A stretch of DNA of 59,766 bases, counting the filler, from Sphacelaria rigidula (lineage: Eukaryota): the NCBI GenBank assembly GCA_964200075.2. It is 3 parts of 3 records of this genome, joined end to end, with 100 filler letters (N's around TTAATTAATTAA, not from the genome) between each part and the next. Parts side by side here need not be neighbours in the genome. Positions count along the whole stretch, not along the records: positions 39,923 to 59,766 come from CAXNAA020000600.1; 2 more parts are not named here. The stretch is one strand, 5' to 3'. Below are positions 50,301 through 59,766 of this stretch, piece after piece. The position numbers and the translations under genes were made by a program. The notes beneath the pieces were generated by a model, which saw nothing but the letters and a program-made list of their open reading frames with translations, was not told where the DNA came from and searched no databases. How positions within the stretch are numbered: the stretch's first letter is position 1; the number at the start of each line of letters is the position of its first letter.

Positions 50301-53300
50301 GTCAGAGGCGCAACGGGCCCTTCGCCGCAGATATGGACTATTGTGCAGGAGCTGCAAAATACCAATGCAAGGTGAGTTGTGTTCGCCAGCATTTGCAGCA
50401 CGTGATGACTTGGCTTGCATGCCCTTTGTGACGGTGTACGATGTAAAAATGTCGATTTAGACTGTATGGCACAGCGACTTGCCGTGTCTTTTTCGGCCCA
50501 TCGGTAGTAGAATCAAAGGGCGTTCTGTCTATGTGCCATTTTTCACCGTTTGCCGGTTTGAGAAATACGCTATCATCGCTTGCGCTACTACCCAGCAGCG
50601 TTTTTTTCAAGCCACACAGGTTGCAAATTAGAGTACAGAAATACACACGAAGTTAGTAAGACTTCGATCAAGAGCAACGTGGGCAACCAGCGGTACTCCG
50701 TGTTATTTTGATCTTGGCTGCCTTTGATAAGATAGGCAGGCGCCAACATTTGCACATCCACCTTGCCCTTCCCGTATAAACCTTCAGAGCCTTCAAGAGG
50801 ATTCGTGACCTTGTAGGGAGCACCGGCGGTGAAGCGACACAACCAGTAGACGAGAGAAAAACTTCGGCGTCAGCTGGGACCGGCCGAGGGAAATCTTCGA
50901 CAGCAGCTGCCGCTTCAGATAAGCCTGGCCCCGGTACGTCACTTGAATTTTCAATTAGAGCCTAGCCCCACAAATTCCACCGCGCCTCGGTAGTCAAATG
51001 GTACTGGTCCAACTGACACAATTGGGGTGGAGAGAACGGATTCGACTTTCGTCAGATGCGTTTGGATTTTTCCTTCCAAGTATAGTGTTTGATTTCCGCA
51101 GTTGAGAGCGTGAAGACGTGAGTAAACGAAAGAGTTTGACTTTTTTTTTTGAGAGATGATGCGGTGCGAGAGTGCTGATCCGATTCGCGAGACCAAAATG
51201 CTAGGCGTGTACCAGAAAGACGTGGGTTCATCCCTTGAGACCACGGGCTCGTCCTGAGTAAAGGGGGGAGGAGAGGGGTTGGACGTGTGATGAAAAAAAA
51301 TAAAAGAATCGCTACAGATCGATACCGAAGTACGTGGGTGCAGTATAGTATTTCACTAGTACATCCCAGGTCACCGTGTCCCAGGCCGTTGACATGGAAC
51401 CGCATTGCGCATCACCCCGACGTTGGTCCAGGTTCTCGAGCGGGCAAGGGCAACGCCGGAAGTGCACCACCTTCTTCCGGAAGATCTCGCCCTGCTTCAC
51501 GGGCCAGCAGCAAAGCACCGCCGAAAGCCAAACCGGCCCCAAGCTCAACAGCTTGCCAACGGCGGGCGGCCGCTTCATCTTCCACAGGTACGAGCTACGT
51601 TGCGGTACGCGGTGTAAAGAGACCCCGACTTCTTTGGTAAACATCAGATTGCTTCGCCCGATACAAAGCGTGGCGCAGTCCTCCCGTGGTCTGTGTGTGC
51701 TCCTCGAATAGCAATGCGTGCTCTCTCGCAAAGGCCTTTCCACATCCGTTTCTCACGTCAGCCAACCCTTCGCTTCTCTGACACATCGTTTGCTTCGTTC
51801 AGACCGCGGCGGTCGTGCGGACGACGGCAATGATGACGCCATGTCCATGTCTCCGGAAGAAGCAATGGACAAGCTAGAGTCGCTGGGTATTGAGGTGAGC
51901 TCCGCCGTCACAGTATACTCTAATGGAACACAACGTGCGTGGCAAGCATTGTGTTTTTCATAGGGTTCACTGTGCTGTATTCCTGGTCGCTGTTGACATA
52001 GAACCCCTTGCTTTGCACCAGGGATGGGGAGAGAGCGTTGTACCGGGCCTGCGCGGCACGGCGTGGAAACAAAAGGTGGCCTCCATCGAATGCCTCGGCC
52101 AGGGAGCCACTTCTGGTGAGAATAGACCCCACCTCGAGACACTGAAGTACGCACATGCCGATCCTACAGGTGGTGGAGGAATGGTACACGTCGAGCCCAT
52201 CGGTGTCTGGGCAGACCTCCCTGTTGTCATGGCATAATTTTTCATGCCCTGTTGTTTCGACGCCTTTTTCGTTGAAACACTTGAATCCCTTGCTGTCGTA
52301 CAATGCAGATCCAAGCCAGTACCTGGGCCCAGTGATCCTGGTCTTGGCTGCTCACACCAAGCAATTTAAGGACTCAAATTTCAATGTTCTCAAGGCCGCG
52401 TTCAGTGCGGTCAAGACCCTGCTAGACACCGGCATTACGGGTGGTGATGTTAGAGCCAGTTGCGCAGCTGTGGCGGTGGTTCTTGGACCTGCGGTTGACA
52501 AGCTTGGCGATCGGAAACTTCAGGTGCGCAGAAGTTTATGTCAATAATGCTCGGTAATAGTGGAGGATACCGTCCAGTCCTCAACAATATATTTAATGTT
52601 TGCGGCTCTGCAGTTTTACAATCTGTAAGCCGCCGATCCTATCCTGTGCCGTCTCATCGTTTCGACTCTCACCATTCAGCCTCCAGGTACGTGGTACAAC
52701 TCAAATAGGTAGTGCTGTAAATGGGTAGGCCATCCCCGCATACCGAAATCTCGTTGACGTTTTACACTGTGTGAACCAGTCGTGGCAGCTTTTGTAATCC
52801 CGCACCATGTGGGTGCTGTTTAGGACTGTTACTGCTTCAAACCTCATCATTGCAATCTCTGATCACACCTGTATGCGGTCTGCGCCCATCATCGGAGCAG
52901 GAAACGACTTCATCATTGCTGACGTCAGCGGCGGAGTCGCTCGGACCTTCGTGGGTAGCCCGCAGGTATATTCATGTGCCGAACGCCAAGTACACTAGAG
53001 CGGCCAAGCACTTGGAGGTTGAGAGATGTGTTCTAATTCTGTTTCTCGTGGGGGCTACATATAGTACTCTGTTGCCCCGAGTCGGGCAGGATACACTGTT
53101 GCACTATTAATAGCGCCTTGCACAGTAGGGCGACATGTTTTCTATTGATGTGTCTTGCCTCCCTGGACATGCGGTGTAACTATCAGCTCCATCTCGCGTG
53201 CAAGCAGGGTGGCCAAGGTCGCGGGGCAGGCAAAGGCTCCCCTTGCACGCAGCGAGGCACTGGGTTGGCTGAACTCGTGCGTGGAAGACTTTGGGGCTGG

Positions 53301-56300
53301 AGTGCTACCCGTTCCACAGCTAGTGACGTTCGCCACGTCCGAGCTAGAGCACGTTAATCCCAAGGTATGGGTTGTATTGTGAACGTTCGCTATACGTGAA
53401 TACACAATTTTGCCCTCTTGCCGCTGCAGGATGTGTGAATGGATAACTCATTTTAGAATACAAAGCATGTCCTCCGCGAGTGCACCAGGTGGGGCCACTG
53501 ATTACCCTGTTGTCTTGAATCAGGTGCGATCATCTTCACTGGAGCTACTGGGCAGTCTTTATCATCGCCTCGGTCCCCCCCTCAAGGCCCTGCTTCCGTC
53601 TGAGCTTCGACCAGCACTGCAGTCTCAGGTGTGTACGAGACAACGGCACTTCACCACAAACGTCAAGTGGACTATTTGATCGGTTGTTATATGTCTTCCT
53701 TCCGAGACGCCCATCGATGCAGGTGTACTGTGCCGTGCATCGTATACTGCCCGTCGTTCCGCTCGCAATCGTTTTACGCTTGTGGTCATGGCCTACCCCC
53801 ATACAATGAGCCTCCAGGTGGACGATATTTTCAACAAGGTTGGATACGACCCAGCAGCAAATGCTCAAGTGAAGCGAAAGGCGCCAGGAGCAGATAGTCA
53901 AGACCAGAGTGCGGGTGCAGGTGGTGGCGGCCTACCGAGAATGGATCTCAGCACGCTCTTGGACAAGGTACACGCCACGATGGATAAGCAAGCTATACCG
54001 ATGCGCCCAACGAATGTACTGTCAACGCGCACATATCAGTGGATCTTCCATACGCTTGTCTACACTATATAGACTAGCCACATGCTCTGTGCTTTTCGAC
54101 AACTACTGCAGGAACTGGTAATGAACCGAGCTTGTTGGCGTTTGACGTGTGTCATCTGTTTCGGATCTCGTTTATAGGACTGCTTGACGCGCATGGGGTG
54201 CGTCAAGGGAAAAGATGCGTGGAAAGGTCGCAAGGCTGCAATGGAAGAAGTCATCCAAGCGTGTTCCAAGTAAGTATACATTTATGGTTAGGCCTCCCGT
54301 ATGGTGACATGGGCTCGAATGCCGAACTTTCTGTTGACGGCATTATGAGGCGAGGAGTTGGTGAGATGGAAAATGACATGTTCTCTGTGTAGGGGAGTGG
54401 TTGACGGTGATCAGTCCCCCTCGCTGCTGTCACTTGTTCGAGTTGTTGCTCTTCCGTACAACAATTAAAATGACCGAGCTTCGGTTGGATGGTAAGTGAA
54501 CCTTGCTCATCAGCAATATTCTGTGCCACACCGTAAAACTCTGCTCGATGGCAGGTCAGGAAACCACCTCGAGGCCAACAAGTTTACCGTGGAGGTTGTG
54601 AAGACTCTCACTCCGCGCCTGTCCGATTCACAATCCAATCTGAAGCCACTAGCTGCTAGCGCTCTGGCAGAGGTGGCGTCAAGCGTGACTCCAGACTCAG
54701 CTATAAAGGTACCGTCGTGAACAGCAGGAGAACGTTCGGTTTGTCTATTTCTCTTGATTCTCAGAATAGCGCACGGCATCATCAAACGTGATCAGCACTC
54801 AGTTGTTGGCCTTTAATCATATGTGTGTCTATCGTTGGCTCGCCAACACTCATGGCGGTTTAATCCCTCCCTCTAATGCTGCCCTCGCTTTATTTTACTC
54901 TGCATCCGCGGTTTTTGGTTGCATTACGGGCTTTTGTGCCAGCTGACCCGAATCTACGCAGAGCCGCTCCTGGGGTGTGTTGCAGACAATCGCAAGATGA
55001 TGCGCGATGCAGCCATCAGTGCTCTCGGGAAGGTCACGACCACCGATGGTGAGGCAGCTCGATGATCGTAGCTTGAATTGGTTCTCGTCTGCTCATCACC
55101 CGTCTTCTAGTGTCTTATGAATCTTTTAGTGCCGCTGCTCTTCGAGGCTTACCTCGCAGCACATGCACAGGGACCCCGTAACGATTGCACGTGCTTGCCT
55201 GGTTATTCATCAGGTGAGCTGCATGTTCCATCAGTCGAAGCGATCATGGGTCCGGTGGTGGTGGCCATGGCTAACAAGGTGGGGCGGATTGAACTGCTTA
55301 CATGGCTGAAGGCGGTGGTACCACGCATCCCAGGTGGAGAGGTGGGTTGTACACTTACCCGGAAGTTCCGGCGAAATAATTATCTGCAGATGTCGTATTT
55401 CAGCCCTAGCCTCTTTGCTTTATTTAACTTCTAGCTGGTCATTCAAGTACTGGCGCAGTCGTAATCGGGCTGTTGCGGACTTCGTGCAACTACCTCTAAT
55501 CTGTACAAAGTGCCCACCATCGCCGGATTCGTGCGACAGAGCATATTTCCTGCCCTTCTACAAGTACGTGGTGTGGCCTGAACGTGTTGCTGGACATGGT
55601 CGTTGTCTCACGGTGCGACTACCCAGATAGACCTACATGCTTTTTTTTGCGTACCCAGCGAGTCATCTTAATGGATAAACAGAGTTGTGTTCGTATGCCT
55701 TCACGTCTGAGTGGCAAGTTCACGGAGCCCCAGGAATGCCGTGTGGTCAAGTGAGGGCTTTGAAGGCATCGCTTATTTTATGTTTCCCCTTTGTGCTTAT
55801 TGCCGCCGTTAGGGTGCCACGAGCCTGGTATCTCCATTGCTTGCGTGCATGCAAGACAAGAGTGCGGAGGTTCGACAGCGAGCGCAGGAGTGTCTGTCTG
55901 GCCTGGTGGTTGCTGGTACGGTTCAGCCTTCCCGTGTACGTGCCTCGACGCGTGATTTCCAGCCGGCCGTCATGCGTCAGCTCAAGCCAGCCCTGGAGAA
56001 AATACTGGAGTCCTCAGGTCAGGGGTTGATGCTTTCATGAAAAAATCTTGGAGGAAAATGATCCAAATATCGTCCGTATTCTTTGCACATGTGACTCGCT
56101 GCAACTGGTGACTCGTGACGTCTACGTTTCCCTGATTGTTTGATCAGGTCCTGGTACGGCTGATGTGGAAGCTTCAGACGCCGTGGGCAACTCTGCACCA
56201 GCCCAAGCCCCTGCGGTCGTATCAAAGCTGGTCCGCGGAGCTCCTGGAGCATCCGCTCCTCCTGGATCCCAGAACAGGCGCTCTGCACGGACTGCCACGT

Positions 56301-59261
56301 AAGCCTTTTCACGTGTCACCAACTTCGCACAATACGGTCTATATTCTGGTACCACACAACGCACACAAACAACAGTCCCTGCACAGAAGTGCCCTGGGGT
56401 GGCGTTCGAGCCCTGATTTCAAATACCGCACGCGGGCTCGGACAGGTGATGAAAACTTCAAATCAAGCAGGTGGCCATCCGGGCTCTAGTGTCGAATCCT
56501 TGAGCGCTCTGATGACTGGTGTCAACGCCGAATAACTCAGTGTGCGAGGGTCATTCAAATGCCTGCTCCAAAGTTATCCCTTCATTTCTCCGAACATGTA
56601 CGCAAAATTTCAAGTTAGACGTTCAACACTGAGCCGGGGCAAAAGTGCGAAAGTGTCAAACTTCATTCCAGGACAACTTTCATGCACGGCTGGGGAATAT
56701 CAAAATCTAGTAAGCAGCATATAAGTCAACTCGAAACGGGGTACTGGTTGCCAAACCCACCAAGTGCATTTCCTAGTCCGTCCTGAAAATCCATCGCGAT
56801 CAAGTAATCATGTCGTAATTCAACGCCAGCCCCGTAGTAGACGGATTTTGTCATGTCAGATTTGGGGAGTACTTTGCAGAAAATATCGCCACGCGATTCG
56901 GACCACAATGTTGTGCTTCTCTCCTAGTGTGAACTTTCTCATATGGTATGCTTCACCTTCTGCTTCAACATCACGAGAGGTATAATGGCGGAGGATTGCA
57001 GCATTTCTTGGTTGGCCCAGTTGGTAAAGGGAAACCCTCTGTCGATATTCATGCCCGGTCGTGCACGTGGGCCCCATTTGCCGCTCGCTCTCATCCCGTG
57101 TTTTCGATCTCGGCAGGTCTCTCAAGGTGGAAAGTACTGTTGAAGAGACAGATGCGAAGTCAGCAACACCGGGGGGGGCTCTTGTTGCGACCAACACGAA
57201 AGCCAGGCGACTTGAGTCGGAAAAGCGAACACGCTGGATCGTGTCGTCTGATGAACCCCGTGACCATCAGACGGCGGCACTCAAAATGTTATGGAGCCCG
57301 CTCCTCAGACCGGATGCGATAGACGATCTGTTTCCAGCAAGAGTTGGGAGCATGGTGAGTATCCAATACCGCCACAGAATTTCTGGGTAGTACCTTTGCA
57401 TGTAGGCGCTCAGAGCACCTTCAAGATGAGCGGCCCTGTCTCCCCTTTTTGCTGCGATGCACTGAATTGTCTCGGGTACAAATTCGAGGAGAGCTTACGT
57501 GTCTAGCTTGTGTTCATGTCGCCACGCTGCTACTTGTCGCTCGGGCAGGAGTGTGGTGCTGCGGGAGTAGAGTTGTTGTCGCGTGCTCTTCGCGACCAGC
57601 AAGATGCGTTTCTAGACAGTCTGGACCTGGTGTTCAAGTGGATATCGTTGCGTTTGTGCGAGAAAGAAAACGTCAAGGCGATGGGGCAGGTGAGCCATGA
57701 AGTACCTCTTCGTGAACCGAGTCAGCTGGCTCAGCATCAGGGCGCCATATTGTCGCCTCCCACATGATGGTGTTCGCTCATTCAACAGGATAACAATTCG
57801 ATCACGGCAGGTGTAGTTGTTGTCGCTTCGGTGATCGTTTCACTGGTGCACGCCGAGGAATATATTGAAATCAGGAAGCAAGTTGGGGCCAACGTTGGTC
57901 TCTCTCTTTTGTCGTGGATCACATCACAGCTCCTGCAGTTCCTGGGAGAAATCTTCGACGCGCTGGTTGCAATGCAGTACCGTTTCGAGGATATGGAGGT
58001 CGATGCCCTACTACCCACGTTATTGGAGAAAAGTGGACAGGCGAAAGAGAGGTTTCGCGTCGCTGTTCGAGGGCTGTTGACCAGCATCCCTCTCCTCTGC
58101 TCGTACGCCAAATTCTCTCCACTCCTTCTTCAGGTCAGTCTGACTTCGTGTGATCCGTTTTGCGTCTGGCATATGTTTGTGGAGATCGCGTAAAGTTTCC
58201 CGGTGAGACGCTGCACCATCTTGTTGTGTAGCCCAACACGGGCGTGTGTATTATTACGGTGACTGTCTTTACCTATGGAGGAAAGAGATGAGGTGTCATG
58301 AGTTGCATTGCTGGCCAAGGATGAGATGGTCTCATAAAATATTCAAGTTGTGCAGACGACATGTCGTAACTCCTTGACATGATACATGCGCTTGGACTGC
58401 GTATTCCCTGTCCTTCCCCGATTCGTGTTGCGATGAAATAGGCTACAAGTTCGAAGAACAGCCGAACCCGCATCGCTTGCCTCTCGGAGCTTTCACGATG
58501 CATCGAGCAAGACGGTCCCGCCAGTGTCCTTGGCAAGAAGGGTCTCAAGGAGTTGGCGAAGTAAGTGAGCTCACGGGAGATTTCGAAGGCTTGGTCAGCT
58601 ACTAAACACCATCTCACCAGTGCCAACATCTGTATTAAACGAGGGAAAAGCTCATTATCCATGTTTGCAACGCACACTTCATTTTTTAGTGAAATAAGTT
58701 TTGCCAACATGTGTGTGGCTGAGTTCGGGTGCCTTCTTAGTATGTGCACCGGTTTATGTGCACGCCAAAAAACTTTTGCTGTACGTACGTAATCCTCGCC
58801 GAGTTTTTTTTTTTTCCATCATCAACCGCAATAACCATCAGTTCACGAAGTCACTTGCCAAGTACACGCGTGTGTAACTCAGGCATGTGGATGCGGATCA
58901 GGCGGAAGTACGCTCCGCCGCGCTTGACGCGGTTGAGTCATGCTACGTTCGGTTGGATATGGATTCTGCGCGCATTCATCGGCTCATGGGACCGGTCAAT
59001 GATAAAACGAAGACGCTGATAGAAGAGGTGAGATGTCGTCTTAGTGTTTTCCCGTTTTACTGTATCCAATCGTCGGTCTACGTTATCCATTTATCGAGCT
59101 TATGCAGGCATTTTTCTAACGCTTCTCCCGTCTTCTATTCAGAGGATGAAAGCTGCAGACCGCAAGAATGGCGGTAAAACGTCTGCTACTACAAGCCAGA
59201 TCGGCGCTCGTGCTTCAGGAGAAGCTACTGACATGGCATCGGATCTTCACCAGCACAGTGG
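44304..59261 (+). CDS. MOR1: XMAP215/CKAP5/MOR1-family TOG-domain microtubule polymerase (partial: start exon not identified, no stop reached in window)
   Basis: 31 GT-AG, phase-consistent exons: 44304-44394, 44780-44982, 45296-45452, 48000-48207, 48668-48746, 49109-49297, 49415-49594, 49733-49869, 50045-50131, 50306-50371, 50788-50933, 51432-51587, 51803-51894, 52022-52115, 52309-52523, 52901-52965, 53208-53364, 53524-53628, 53818-53967, 54178-54269, 54555-54708, 54943-55048, 55214-55341, 55813-56017, 56148-56298, 57117-57354, 57549-57689, 57930-58133, 58442-58560, 58883-59027, 59143-59261. Motifs: WKVR/DSNA/KKPKV/ELRPAQ (TOG1), VDILSKLP/KLKDKK (TOG2), FKDSNFNV/DKLGDRK (TOG3), LPRMDLS/WKGR/RLSDSQ/QDKSAEVR (TOG4), DLVFKWISLRL/LPTLLEKSG/KNSRTR (TOG5). 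Confidence 0.93.
46483..47070. repeat. Diverged tandem duplication (period ~340 bp) in the largest traced MOR1 intron
   Basis: CCTTGG(T/C)TTCT..CCCTCTGCAA..TGAAGGA..GTTGAA..TTTGTGCACAGCC..GCAGC..GCAAGAA recurs at ~46500 and ~46840. Confidence 0.65.
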
Positions 59262-59766
59262 GTGAGCACTTTGGATACCGAGGATACATGACATAACAGA
59301 GATAGGAATTTATTGCCGGATGGTCTCTCTCGCCCCTGGTTCGAGAGCTATCTGTACGAAAATGGCGTCGTCCTACTCTCGTTACTGACGATGCAGGGTG
59401 GATCAAGCGCCCGTGTCTCCACGTTACGTGGGTCCCGACGAAGAGGCCGGGGATGCGGTGTCCGTCTCTTCGCACACTTCACTTCCCCATGGAGAAGCGC
59501 AAATCGACCGTGGTCAACGGGCCAGCCTTGGGGGCCTAGAGGGTGATGCCAGCTTTGGCGACTTCCTTCCCGGAAGCGCGAACTACTCAAGGTGTGTGTG
59601 TTGTATTGTCGTCTCATTTATTCTGGGCACCATTCTACAACTTTCGGTATATGTGGGCGCATCAGCCGGGGTCACGCAGGAGGAAGGTCAACCCAGAAGC
59701 TTTTTCTTTTTTATTTGTTTTGAATACACCGCCTTCCTTCTGCGATGCTTGCCTTTCTTTGTGATC

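Noticed and set aside
4629-59261. Functional cluster of flagellar-hair and microtubule genes
   Set aside because: The genes lie on different contigs separated by two spacers; adjacency alone is not evidence in a eukaryote.

Overview
Eukaryotic, intron-rich genomic DNA; the gene structure, LINE content and gene families point to a stramenopile, most likely a brown alga (inference). Two 100-nt artificial spacers (N44-TTAATTAATTAA-N44 at 19875-19974 and 39823-39922) split the window into three contigs. Contig 1 carries an 11-exon + strand gene (4629->19874, truncated by the gap). It encodes a probably secreted protein with a Sig1/Ocm mastigoneme-type four-EGF head fused to FxVRGDG modules and a long Thr/Gly hexapeptide repeat predicted to form a beta-helix fibre. 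Its introns hold MITE-like inverted repeats, a ~425-bp palindrome and LINE tails. Contig 2 is mostly decayed LINEs (two RTE-type elements and one 3' fragment), two TIR elements and a few orphan exon-like fragments. Contig 3 carries a XMAP215/MOR1/CKAP5 TOG-domain microtubule polymerase gene, with 31 exons traced from 44304 towards the window end. No rRNA, tRNA or CRISPR array was recognised.
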